A stretch of DNA of 63,740 bases, the filler included, from Phoronis australis (Eukaryota; Animalia; Phoronida), in NCBI GenBank assembly GCA_002633005.1. It is 7 parts of 7 records of this genome, joined end to end, with 100 filler letters (N's around TTAATTAATTAA, not from the genome) between each part and the next. Parts side by side here need not be neighbours in the genome. Positions count along the whole stretch, not along the records: positions 8,060 to 31,581 come from NMRA01000088.1; 6 more parts are not named here. The stretch is one strand, 5' to 3'. The translations under genes and the position numbers were made by a program. The notes below the pieces were generated by a model, which saw nothing but the letters and a program-made list of their open reading frames with translations, was not told the DNA's origin and did not search any database. Positions 11,733-24,899 of the stretch are shown in pieces. The first letter of the stretch is position 1, and each line of letters starts with the position of its first letter.

Positions 11733-14088
11733 AAAACCAACCTGAGAATAAAGAAGACCTACAATTTTGAACAAAGAAAACTTGATCATGGTGAAAATCT
11801 GGGAACAAACAAGAAAATTTAATCATACAGAAATAAGAAACATCTGAAAGCTGTCTAAAAACATCTAATGTTGTTCTGTTAAGATAATTCTAAAAATCTG
11901 TGAAGTCCTTTCATGTTTCATTAAATTATTTTTACTATCAATTATTAACCCAAAAAGGCATTTTCCTAATTCCTCAATGATTAATAAATGGCTTAAAACA
12001 TCAAACAGTAGTTTATAGTCATGTGACTGTGACTTTTTGTGTGAAAAGCATGGTGTTTGCTTCAAACAAGAATTTTTAATAAATCTGAATGGCAGGCTAT
12101 TTCACATTTGACACATACCATATGTTCTTAGTGTATAAACAATAGTCAAGAAACTGTCACAGGCTAGTGATTTACCCTCAAATAACGACATATTAGCCAT
12201 TTTTGTCATTTTTTAAGCAATGTCAAAAATCTTCACATCTGATAGACATGTCTCCGTTGAACACATACCACGAGACTAAGTGAACAAAATTTTGAGTGAA
12301 TCGACCAACGCACTGACAGAAATTGATGTTCAAAACTGCTGGAAGCGTAGAAAACCAAAGGGCCTGACGAAGGCCGATAAATATCCGTCATGTAGTTGAA
12401 GTCAACTGAAGTCAGCCAAAACATCCCGCACATGAATGGCACATAAAAATTCTTTTAAAAAAATGTTAAAAGGTACATTATGTACAACGTGGAAAAATGG
12501 AAAAAACCATGTGATTGACAATTGCCTTAAATAAAAAATTTCACCCTTTCTGACAAATTTCAGCATCCCAAATGGAAGCCAGGATCTTAATGTTATTGGC
12601 AAAATTGCGTATTCAGTCAAATATCTACAAAACAAAACTTTAACATAGTAAAACTATAAATTTTCCGGAATAAGTAAGCCTGAAGAATTACTTTTTATCT
12701 AACCGTTATTAATTGCGTCACATAACCATGTTTTTCAAGTAAAATTTACCAACAAAGAAACGGACATTGACAGCAAAACAACTGCATCAATAACACGATC
12801 AAATTTTACTTTAAGTAAAGGATCACGATATGATCTCAAAAAATGATGTAACAATTTTTAAAATATTCCATTTTCGTTTTATGCAACTTCTGTAGTTTTT
12901 CATGAAAAACATGAAATTCCTACAATTTAATACTCCCCGTGCAAAAGTAGAACATTTTAAAAATGAGTTTTAATAACATTTTGGAAAGCAATGCATAAAA
13001 TATGGCATCTGAAAATTTTCATAAGAATCCGATCGACCATCTGAGATATGGCGTTCCAAAGTTAGTTGAACATCTTTCTATAGCCTGCATAACCTTAAAG
13101 CGAGGAACTGTAATGCTGGTAATCCTTTATTTTATTCTAGCAGATTTTAACCCTTAAAACAACTTTAACACAAAGAAAAGCAATACCACTACCGCATTAA
13201 TAAAAATGTTACAGGCTTTTAGCTACATATAAATAACTGAAGTCGAAAATGCACATTGTCTGAAAAAAGGACCGCTACGGCAGATCGTGAACTATTTTAT
13301 GAAGTCTGCCATCACAGCATAACATACCTAGTTTAATACGATTTTTTGAGTTAGGAAGACTTTTTGAAAGAGATGTTTGCAAATAATTTTAAGATTTTAA
13401 CATTGAAAATATGCAATTTAAGTGCATTAATAGAATTAAAAATATTTTAGCCACAGCTGATCATTTTGGTTACTTAAAACATATGAAAAAACAACTTTAT
13501 CAATTTTTGAAATTCAACAAATTTGACCAATATAAGTTGCCGACCAACACGTGCATAGAGAATACAAGTACCAAAACAAGCTGTATTAGCTAAATCCTAA
13601 ATACATTAAATGTTTACTAAATGTGAATTTACATTTTCATCACAGCCATTTACTTGCTTTCTTTAGCCTTTCAAAAGAAATACCACCAATTATCCACTGA
13701 GAACTTGAAGAACAATACCATCCGCCATACAAAAAGTAGGTCAAATTGATGACCTATATAACACAAACCAGAGACTGATCAGATTGCCTTGTGAAAACTG
13801 TCAATACTGAGCTAACCTTGTTCCCACTAAAAGTGATGGAAGTTGGCAAATGGACACTGGACTGGCTCTTGTTGGACATACCATGGTGACAGGCCATGTC
13901 TAAAGGCCAAAAGAAAAAAAAGAAGGCACTTCTTCATGGCATATAGCAGAAAGAGGTCAAACCAATCATCAAGCTAAGGTAATCTACCAGTAACTAATTC
14001 CATGGGATGGTGTGAAAAGCAAACTGAGGAAATTAATGTTCTACAGATTAACAACAAAACATATTGCAGCAACAGAAGTGTCATTCAC

Positions 14089-14244
14089 AAAAACCCGTTT
14101 TTGTCTGGGATACAGTTAGCGCTTTTGTGATATAGTCCCGTAACATGAGCATGGGGCCGAGCAACTTAGTAATAGTATGCATAAGTACATGACAGGACTA
14201 TATCACAAAAGTGCTAACTGTATCCTAGAGAAAAACGGGTTTTT
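14089..14244. mobile_element. Hairpin MITE (~57-bp imperfect inverted repeats)
   Basis: AAAAACCCGTTTTTGTCTGGGATACAGTTAGCGCTTTTGTGATATAGTCC is mirrored at 14188-14244. Only a partial arm remains upstream of copy B (~24305-24350). Confidence 0.7.
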
Positions 14245-14431
14245 TTCTGACTGCTGCCATATACGACAGACCGAACGAACTCCAGCAATTGTTTCTGCAT
14301 CAGAATTTACATCGCATTATATGGTGTATTGTTGCTTATAAGTCAGCAATTTTGACTTCACCTACTTAAAGTAATGCTTGATGTATCAGAATATCGCCTG
14401 AATCTTAACTAAGTCTGGCATATAATGATGA

Positions 14432-14775
14432 CCATATATGGAATTGAAATAGGGGATTAAGCCAATATTGGTAATTATTTTTGTGAAAACAATCGGTAAA
14501 AGAATCAAAAAAGTTTACAAGCCAACCACATAAATGTTCTGCTGTTTTTAAGTTAAAAAACTACATCAAACAGCGAATGACGGGGCAGAAATCACAAACA
14601 CAAAATATTGTCACAGTTACCCAAAATTTGTTTGAATGCCAACCAATAAATGTGTGGTTCCAAATGTACTAGAAAGAGTTGGCTAGCTATTAACAAATCC
14701 TAGGCATTGTCACTGTTAGTGTTGTGGTCCTTATAGGGAATGACTCAGGGAATGATCCAATATGACCATATAAGG
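14432..14775 (+). promoter_or_regulatory. CArG boxes (SRF sites) upstream of actin copy A
   Basis: Perfect CC(A/T)6GG at 14432-14441 (CCATATATGG), 14462-14471 (CCAATATTGG) and 14766-14775 (CCATATAAGG). A likely non-coding exon follows, with donor AG|GTAAGT at 14872/14873 and acceptor at 16051-16053. Confidence 0.7.
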
Positions 14776-16084
14776 AGTGAACACAGTGCCAAGGAGACTT
14801 CATGCAAACTGGGCTGTGTTCTGTAGACAAATCAAGTTTCTTGTGAGAAAAGCAACATCGTGTGAATTAAAGGTAAGTATTTCGCAACTATAACCTGAAA
14901 CTATACAAGCCTGGGCTAGCGAAATGGCTACTGCTGAAATGATTGGCTGTCTGGGCTTGAATGTTGCATTACAGGAACAAAATCCACATTTTACGTACTA
15001 GAAATGGAGATTTATTGACACATGGTGTGTACTACTACATCTACCCTTGGTTCTTGGGGACAGCACTGTAGTTCAGCATGCGTAAATCTGATCCAATAGG
15101 TCGGCATTACTTCATTTCACAGAACTGGATGAGAAAGTCGTTTTTAATATCTGCTAGTCAATAGATAAAACTGGGTTTGGCATCCATTAAGTATCCACAA
15201 CACAACAGTGGTAATTTGATGCCATGTTGAATGCAAATAATTTCTAAAAAATGCAGTGAAATGGTATTGTTTTAGGCCTCCATCCAAATTTATCTAAGTC
15301 AAAGAAGTAAAATATAGGTGGCGCTGAACATTGTCCACCTGTTAAGCACCCTATCATCATACAGTGATATAGCAAATAGTGTTTCTTCGGTGTTAATCGA
15401 TCAAAAAAGAAAAATGAATTAAGTTCATAAAATTGGATTCATGATATTTTGTACTGTGGTAGGGCTCTATTACATGTATCAAAATCATCAGCAACCCAAG
15501 AAAATGACTCAGACTTTGTTGGGATAGGCCAAATCTAAAACACCAAGCAATGATTTAAAAAATGGTGCGTGTATAAATTGCCTGTGATTCGAGTTTCCGG
15601 CTCGGTCAGCAGCAATTCAATGTCGGATGAGAGTGGTGATGTTTAATCTTCAAAGTACTTTGGCTATGAATTCAACATTCACAGCTGGGCAGCCCCTTTA
15701 AGTCATAGCCTCTTTAAGTCGCCGTGCACTATTCCGAGATCCCTCAACTAAAATTTCGTTAGGTGGAAGGGAATATGCAGCATTACATAACTGCTTGACT
15801 TCTTAGCAGGCACTATTTGCTGACATGCGGGCCATTATATTGAATATTCATGACATTCTAAAGAATATTCCTGACTTTATTTTTTCAAAAGGCAGCATCG
15901 AACCAGGAAGTGATCTTCAACGTGTTTGGTATTCTCATGACACAGGATAAGTTTCGAAATCTAATTATGTTTGTAAGTCTTACATATTCAATGAAATTGA
16001 AGCTTCGTGTCAAAATGTTAATAAGAAATTCTTGCTGTTCATTCGAATTACAGTAACTTAATTTCTGACCAAGATAAAAACAAA

Positions 16085-19000
16085 ATGGAGTCCGATGATG
16101 ATGATATCCCAGCAGTCGTTATAGACAATGGATCAGGGGTATTCAAGGCAGGATTTGGAGGAGACGAAGCTCCAAGGGTGGTCTTTCCGTCAATTGTGGG
16201 ACGACAGAGACACCAAGTGAGTTTTCAAATTAATATATTAATTTTTAATTGGAAAAAGGATACAAATTCCAATTAGTCTGCTTACTTTGAACATCGAACA
16301 CATGTATTTGTTTGAAAGATAATACTACCCTTATGTAATTGCTTATACTACCCTTAAGTTATTTTCTGAAACGGTTTCCCAACAGAAAATGTGAGTTCTT
16401 GATTTTTCAGACATGTGTGTTCAACACACGAAAATTAATTTTTGAGCAGATGAAAAGAAAATAAAGATGATGGCATTAAATTAGATGAGGTATATAAATA
16501 ATATAAAAACCAGGAGTTATTATTACAAATGTTAATGTGCACATATTCAAGGTGTCACCCCCTCGTCAGTGTTTGGCAAAAGATGTCCATCACACCATCC
16601 TCCTAACTCATTTTATAATAAAAACATGGACCGATCAGGAGAGCAATATCAGGTTACTGAGAGAGAGCAATGTTGTTCTCTTGAGATCCATATAGTTTGA
16701 TATGACTGAAGGATTGGTCTAACAAAATATGTTTTGTTATATGACCAAATTCTTCTTTGTTCTTGCATGCCTTGATGTGGTGCTGCTTGCTTTGTTTCCT
16801 CTTTTAAGAGCTTATGCTTTCTGTAGCTTGTCGTTGGTCAATCCGCCTGCGGTATGGGTAGTTTGAATAAAAAGTGATATTGCCTACCCTTGCCACATCA
16901 TAGCAGAATAGAAGTCATCATTTCAGCCAATCATACAGAAGAAGTATCAATACCGTAGTTGAAAAATAACGCATCTTACGCACCAAAACACTCAGTTTTT
17001 GCTCAGTCAACCACAAATCTGAAATTTCTGTTTAAAGCAAGTACTAACTGGCACCGGAGACAAAGACAATTACATTGGCGAGGAGGCGCAGTTCAAACGC
17101 GACATCCTTAGACTACATTATCCTATGGAACATGGAATCGTCACCAACTGGGATGACATGGAAAAAGTCTGGCAACACGGCTATAACCAGCTGCGTGTCA
17201 CTCCTGAGGAACAGCCCGTCCTATTGACTGAGGCCACCCTTAACCCCATGGCCAACAGAGAGAAGACAACTCAAATTATGTTCGAAAAGTTCAACACTCC
17301 TGCTTTCTATCTTGCCAAGCAAGCTGTAATGTCTCTGTATGCATCTGGGCGGGGCTCCGCAATCATGCTTGAATCTGGCGACGGTGTTTCACACGTGGTA
17401 CCCCTTTACGAAGGTAAGTGCCCCTTGTTGTACTGATTTTGTAGCTTTCTTAGGAATAGAGGATGACATTATTTTATGTATCTGGGATTTTTAAAGCCAC
17501 AACACTTGGGAAAGTGTAGCAGGAACACTGTATTCTGACAGGAAACCATTTACAACCTTGGAAAGAGACACTTTAGCAGTTATAGTAAGACTCCCATAAA
17601 TCGGATCAGGGACTCATCTGGCAGCTGTCATTGGGATAACCACTTATAAAAATGACAGCTTGGAAGGCATATGGCTAATAGAAAAAAAACTCTTTCAAGA
17701 CAACATGCGTAAACGATGGCTTAACAAAGAATTTTAACATTTCCCATTGATAAATTTTATTGAAACCTACATCTCATTGTTTTGGTTTGAAAGATATTTT
17801 GACATGAATTGTGATCACAGACTATAACCATCTATTTTTACCATGAATATCACACTGATGATTGGCAAATGCTGGCAGCCATGTTTTTTTGGGAAATACC
17901 TTCCTGTTTTGTGATGTCAGAGTGATCTCATATGGAATCCCCACATATGACGAGTGCCTATCTCGTGACTTTGGACCCCCACTTTACAAATCCTAATTAG
18001 TCCCTGAGTCAGATTCAACTGGACTGAGATTTTATCTTGACTTGGGCATGTCCGACTTATGCGAGATTTACAGAAAATAAGTTGCCTATTGGATAATTGA
18101 TGGTTTGAAAATTGGTAGACATCTTCCGGCCTTCTTTGCTTACAAAATAATTCCCCTTTTTTATTTTAGTACCTCATATTGTAAAGTGTCGAGAGTCTAT
18201 TTCATACATGTGAAAATTCCAGTAAAACTGCCAGTAACATGTCAACTGTTGGTGAGAGAAAAACAGCTCGGGCTGTGGACGTAGTTTTGCGTCATAGTGC
18301 TTAGGACAGAGCACCAAGTACCAAATACATTAGAATTATAGTTGCAGGATATCACAACCTCTTCCAAGGACTTGTGTGCAATAATGACTGGCAAAGCCCC
18401 ACAAACCATAAATAACACGTATTTCTTGTCACCAGGCTATGTCTCATGCCATGCCATCAATAGAATAGATCTGGGAGGAAGAGACATCACCTGTCACTTG
18501 ATGAACATTCTGAATGAGCGAGGTCATACGTTCTCTACAACAGGTAAATATTTAACTGCCATCTTGTGGCATGACTACTGCTTTTCCTAAATAGAAACAA
18601 CAGAAGTAGTGTAATTATGTGTAATTGTTGTTACGAATTAGGATAGGCTTCTTTAAATGATTAGTGTTCACCAAAGCTACAAAATGACAAAAAATGTTGT
18701 CGTTGTCAGCCAGATATTCACTGAAATGAAGGCTCTGGTGACTGTACCAATTGAATTCTCTTAAACTACTCTGCCATATATGGAATGGTGTTCAGCCTCG
18801 CCAGCACATTGTTAGACAACAACTGCAGGTATTACAAGGTCGATTGAATGCTGATGCTGATCTCCATAAACCATTTTTCTAGTCAATAATAACCATTTAC
18901 CACAAGCTGACCAGTACGCATCGCCTCCAGCAACAAAATAAACATACTTTCTCATGAACACTTTGTGCAAAATCCAGTGTATTTCTTCTTGCAAATGTAA

Positions 19001-21337
19001 CACTACAGGAGAAAGAGACATAGTGTGCAAAATCCAGTGTATTTCTTCTTGCAAATGTAACACTGCAGGAGAAAGAGACATAGTCCGGGACATCAAAGAG
19101 AAACTGTGCTACGTTTCGCTGAACTTTGAGCAGGAAATGGCAACACTGTCTAATTCTTCAAGCCTGGAGAAAAGCTACAAGCTACCAGATGGAAAAATCG
19201 TAACCATTGGCAACGAGAGATTCAGAGCACCAGAAGCATTATTCCAGCCTTCTTTTGTTGGTGAGTGTATCGCTTGAAGGGTGTATACTCCTGCTTTGCA
19301 AAAACATAAGGTCTAGGGCCTAAACCAATGGACAAGTGTCTAGAACTTGAGAACTCGTAAAATGTAGAGAAAAATTCAGAGAAAGGAGAGCTATCATCAA
19401 CTTACAGGAACAAACAAACTTCCAAGCTTATTTTTTTCATGCCAGTGCATAAGTTACGCCATTTTACAAAGTAACCTGATTATTGTGTAATTTAGGCATG
19501 GACGGCCATGGTATTCACGAGATGGTGTATGACTCCATTATGAAGTGCGACATTGACATTCGAAAGGACCTGTACTGTAACATTGTTGTGTCAGGAGGCA
19601 ACACTATGTTTCCAGGTGAGGAGAGGTTTTCAGACACTGAATTTGTCGGTTACAGACCACTAAACTTGTCACGATTTAAGTGAAAGTCACTGAAAAGTGC
19701 GAAATGAGCACAGGCAAATCTTGTAGAGCCTTACTTTGCAAAATACAGTTTACAGGCTACACTTGCGTTGTGATAAAAGGCATCTCATTTGACTGCGCAT
19801 TGTAACACGCCATTACCAAAGGTTGAATGTTTTTAAAAGTACGAAACATCTAAGTGAACATAAACGGTAAGTGATTTGCATAGCTGTCAGTTCAGATAAG
19901 TTCTAACCAAAGCATTAAATCCACTTAACGCAGATAGCAGCTCCACTAAATGTTTTTGACACAAATAGCAGCTCCACGAAGTGTTTTTGGCAGAGAGCCA
20001 GCTTCTTCCCCATTCAGTTGGGCAGCCAATGATATCACATTTGAAGCACCAAATGGCAACCCTACTCCGAATTCCAACTCGGTGAATGTAGGATCTGTCA
20101 GTTATTCCCAACTGCAGAAATCAAAAGCTAGGAGTACTTACAGGGACAGCATCAGTTTTTTAGGCAGAAAATGTAGTTTTGGGATTACTGTTGTGTGAGG
20201 CATATGTCGAGAAGTACCATACTCGTCTGGGTTACCGCCCGGGGCGATTAAATTGGGAATCTAAAAAAACAGGGGTGGGCGGTAAGCATGGGCCCTTAAA
20301 AATGAAAAATGAAAAATTTCGGGGGTGGGCGGTAAGCCGATCATGGGCGTTAACCCGAGCGAGTACGGTAATTAGCTTTTACCGGCTATAAAACTACATG
20401 ATTTTGCTACAAATTGCCAATTCTGGCCATTTTTCTCTGGTCTTACATAACCATAACCAGACCATTTAGGTGATGACAACTCAATCGAAGATTGAATGCA
20501 GTTTGTTTGGAACGACTTTTCTTCTATCACTTATGTTTGTAACAAATCTTTGTTGACCACTTTGAGGCATTTTGACTTCATAAAATTTTTACTAGAGCCG
20601 TTTGAACATCGATTTTTACAGTAGCCCATAGGCAGATTTGCATGAAATTTAGCACACTAATTTTACGTCTGGTTTATGATACAGGGAATAATGCCCATCG
20701 CAAAATTAAAATTTACCAAGAAAATAGGTTCATTCGTAACAAAAAATGACATCATTAACATAACAAAACTTCTTTTTGGTATAAATGTTCAAGATAAAAT
20801 TTAAAAAACACTAACAATTTTCTAAATTATCTCTTCGATTCTGTCTGATACAACTTTTTTCATGAAATCCTGAAAGCCATAATTTTTCATAGCACCTGAT
20901 GCCAAAGTAGATAACTTTAAAAAACAATTCCCTACAACGCTTTGGAAAACAGTGCACCAAGTAAACCATATGAATATTTTTAATCCGACTAGCCCTAAGA
21001 TATCACATGCCGGATTTAACCAAATTTTGTCATTTTATTAGTCTCACATAACAAACAACAATGGGTGACATAATAGAACAACTTATTGTTGAAATTATTA
21101 AACTTCTTGGAGCTTGAAATTGTCATTGCAGGAACTGTCGCGCGTATGCAAAAAGAAATATCGGTCATGGCTCCCAGCAGCGTGAGGGTGAAAATCGTTG
21201 CTCCGCCAGAGCGTAAATACTCGGCATGGATTGGTGGATCCATCTTGTCATCTCTGACAAGCTTCTCACAGATTTGGATCAGCAAACAGGAGTACGAGGA
21301 GAGTGGACCAAGCATTGTGCACAGGAAGTGTTTCTAA
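16085..21337 (+). CDS. Divergent actin, copy A (377 aa). Coding exons 16085-16216, 17038-17413, 18436-18543, 19069-19260, 19496-19615, 21132-21337
   Basis: GT-AG introns in compatible phases. The exons sum to 1134 nt, 377 aa plus stop. Motifs [49 protein letters not shown]. About 72% identity to beta-actin by hand count from memory. Confidence 0.95.
18965..19084 (+). repeat. 60-bp tandem duplication spanning the intron 3 / exon 4 acceptor of actin A
   Basis: Units 18965-19024 and 19025-19084 differ at one base (CACTACAG vs CACTGCAG). AG acceptors end at 19008 and 19068. Confidence 0.97.
20217..20368. mobile_element. Short TA-TSD MITE related to the 9961-11332 family
   Basis: TA|CCATACTCGTCTGGGTTA ... 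TAACCCGAGCGAGTACGG|TA. Further copies at 23136-23294 and 30702-30853. Confidence 0.8.
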
Positions 21338-23135
21338 TTTGGACGATTTGAGCGCTGGAACAGTGCTTGTTTGACAGACTTGGACTGAAGAAATGCTTTG
21401 ACTGCAATTGTTTACTTGTTTATTAATCATAATTAATTTTGCTGACAGTAACTTTTACACTCAAAGATAGTAGCTTGTGGGTCATGTCTCCTGTTCCTAA
21501 AACTGACGAAGGGCTTGATTGGCAGCATCGAACACAGGAAGTCCTTTGACTGACCCATCTACTCACATCAAGTATCTGTGTCGGATTAGCAGATCTGAGA
21601 ACAGGAAATTGATGACTCACTTGAACACAAGTTTTTAGAAATCTGCGTAAGACGACGACACTATTGTCACTCAAAACATTGAATGCTTGCAAAGTCATCA
21701 TAATTTTGAAGACTGCAGTCCTGTAGTCCACAAGAGACCAATATCAATGTATTGTCTTTATCAATTATAACTAAGAAAATATGACAAGTTAGCTCTCTAC
21801 ATATTTAGAAATCTAAAAATCAATTGAACAATTCTTGTTGTCAGCTATAGTGTTAGAAGAGAATACGTCTTGCCATGCAACTATGCTTGACATTACGGTT
21901 AGTGAAAATAATGATACCTGATTATCTTGGACATAACAATTTCCACTTTAATTGCTGTTCCCCTAGTGTGTACTTACTATCCACAGAACAATAAAAACTG
22001 ATGTAAAGGAACCAAAAATGGGCCAGCATCTTGGTTCTACACTCACTCCCATTGAGCAAACACGAATCACCGATACCAACTGTCCAGTAGGGAGTAAGAC
22101 ATGTTTCCTCAATGGAAGTGAATGCAGAACCCAGATGCACGCCATTTGTTGGGCCGTTGAAATCAGTTCCTGTTGCTCCATGGATATTAAGTACATATCA
22201 GGGAAACAGCAATTAACACAGAATGCTTTTAGTAATGCATAGATGTACGTTCTAGTTGAAAAAGCTATAAACTCTGTCAGTCAAAGGTTTGTGCTGTGGT
22301 TGCTGTGATATGTATTTATTTGTATTTCAAACTCATTTGTCATTAACTTTATATAAGAAGATTTGAGGTCAGTTAAGAAATGAAATTCACCGTTCGTTTT
22401 ACAGAAGGGGCATAGCACGCGTAGCCCATATGTAAATACATGCAGGAAACTGAATCCAAAAAAAGTGTTATGCTCTCTTGGTACAAAATTGCTGTACTTG
22501 AATAACTTCACTTTGTTGGGTATTCTTGTAAAGTTGTGTCATTTTATTTTTGCCTGTGTATAAGACAAGAAAAGTCTAAAAATATAGCTGTCATTTTAAT
22601 TATTAGTTTCTTACATCTCTTGGCCGTCTGCTTCACTGTTGCGGGTGAACGACCTTCAAAGATACAGAGAGGTCGAGAGAACTTTGTTGAAAATTATTAA
22701 ATCATGAACATTATCGTGTGTTCAACAAATTTTGTCAACAGGAGGGGCTGCTACCAACTTATTCCGAAAGTGCGAATATTGAACTTTTGAAAAAACCCAG
22801 GACAGTTTCCTTAAACAAAAATGTCACCTTTTCTGAAAAGTTTCAGTGACCCAAATGGAAAACAGCATCTCAAATCAAGGAACTTCCAGGTAATCCTTCA
22901 TTTCACTTCAGGATTGCACTAGTTGGCTTTAGCAGATGGAGTCATTTTAACAAATTTTAACTTAAACACAGAAAAAAGCTATATAGTGTTAGTAAAAATG
23001 ATGAAGGTTTTCAGCTAAATATTAATATGTGAAGTTGAAAATGCACATAGCAGGAAATGATCGATACGAGAGTTCATGAACTATTTATGAAGCCTGCCAT
23101 CACAGCATAATATACATAGTTCAGGGAATAAAATA

Positions 23136-23294
23136 CCGTACTCGTCCGGATTACGGCCCATGCTCGGCTTACCGCCCACCCCCCGAAAATTTCAATTTCT
23201 CATTTTTAAGCGCCCATGCTCAGATTACCGCACACCCCGTGCTTTTTTAGATTCCCAATTTAAGCGCCCTGGGCGGAAACTTGGACGAGTACGG
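23136..23294. mobile_element. Short TA-TSD MITE (same family, inverted)
   Basis: TA|CCGTACTCGTCC ... GGACGAGTACGG|TA. Confidence 0.8.
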
Positions 23295-23610
23295 TAATTA
23301 CCCATGGGCGACCTGATTGTGTTTGTGGACCTAGCTTTATTCCTTATGCTATGTTACGGCGCCACATTCATTCTACCATAACTAGTTTCGTATAGAAGAC
23401 TTTTTAAGACAGCTAAAATGTTTGCAAATAACTTCAAGTCTTTAATGTGAAAATGAATAATTTAATTGCATTTGTAGAGTTAAAAATATTTTAGTCACAA
23501 CAGATAATTTTTTATTATCAAAAATAATGAAAAAATACAACTTTATCGATTTTTGAAAAAATCAATTAACAAATTCGACCATTTACATTTCCGACCACTA
23601 AATACCACCT

Positions 23611-23744
23611 TATTCATGCAGTCGTCATTTTAAAAGTGAACCTCTTTTTAGGTTTTAAAAACAATGCATTTGAGACATAGATATAACAAATCATTTTTTA
23701 AACCTAAAAAGAGGCTCACTATGGAAATGGCGACTGCATGAATA
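23611..23744. mobile_element. Hairpin MITE upstream of copy B
   Basis: TATTCATGCAGTCG..AGTGAACCTCTTTTTAGGTTT is mirrored by AAACCTAAAAAGAGGCTCACT..CGACTGCATGAATA. It is absent at the equivalent site upstream of copy A (~13550). Confidence 0.7.
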
Positions 23745-24889
23745 ATTAAGGTCTTTACACAATACAAGTACCAAAACAAGCTGTATTAGCTAAATCCTAT
23801 GAAAATATATGAAACGTTTGTTTCCTAAATAAATATAGCAATGTGGAATTATAATGCCAAAATATCCATTTGCTTGCTTTCTTTAGTGTTTCAAAAGAAA
23901 TACCAACAAATACCCATTGACAACTTGGAAGAATAGCAAGAAGCTTGCACAACTCCACACAATATTGACCATACAAAAGTAGGTCAAATTAATGACCTAT
24001 TTAACAAAATCCAGAGACTGGTGGGATTGCCCTGTGAAAAGTGCACGTATATCCTAAGAGTTATGGAAACAGGTAAAGGGACATTGGACTGGCTTTCATT
24101 GGACATAACATGGTGACAGGCCATGTCTTAGGCCAAAAGAAGAAATACAAGAAGGTACTAAACAAGATTGGAACCAATCTTCACAACACAGCAGAATGAG
24201 GTCAAACCCACTGAGGTAATGGGATGGTGTGAAAGTAACCTAAGGAAATTAATTACTACACGATAGCACCAAAACATAGTTACAGCAAGGTAAATGTCAT
24301 TTCTAAAAACCTGTTTTTGTCTAGGATACAGTTTCCGCTTTTGTAACATGGGGCAACTTTGTGTACTGTTTTAGTCACGCCTGACCTACAGACCAAATGA
24401 AGTACAGCGAATATGTTTCTGCACCAGGATTTTACCATCATTACATGGTGTATTCTAGCTTGAAGTCAGCAATTTTGACTTTACCTAATTATGGATTTAC
24501 GTATCTGAATATCGCTTGAATCGTAACAAAGTGTGGCACATAATGACGACCAGAAATGGAATTGAAATGAACGAATAAGCCTACTGGTATTTACTTTTGT
24601 GAAAACAATCAATGAAAGCACATCACGAGAATGTGCTGCTTGTTTTCAAATTTGAAATACAATATCAAATAGCAAACGACGGGGCCGAATTCACTAACAC
24701 AAAGTATTGTCACTCAGAATCTGTTTAGGAATGTATAGAACAATAAATGTGAGGATCCATGCAACTCTGCTATGAAGTCGACTAGCTAATAACAATTCCT
24801 AGGCATGAAGATTAGAAGATTATTCTGCCATGTTACTGTCAGTATTGGTTCTTACAGGGAATGAATCAGGGATTGATGATCCAAAACGA

Positions 24890-24899
24890 CCATTTAAGG
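24890..24899 (+). promoter_or_regulatory. CArG box upstream of actin copy B
   Basis: CCATTTAAGG at the position equivalent to the copy A box at 14766-14775. Confidence 0.65.

Noticed and set aside
12360-12440. Hammerhead-like CTGACGA-GGCCGA..TCAGCC-AAAAC
   Set aside because: The conserved GAAA is AAAA, and I could not form stems I and III with a cleavage triplet. At best a decayed relic.
19950-20198. ORF conserved between copies A and B inside intron 5
   Set aside because: Conservation reflects the near-identical tract. The B version is frameshifted or shorter and has no recognisable domain.
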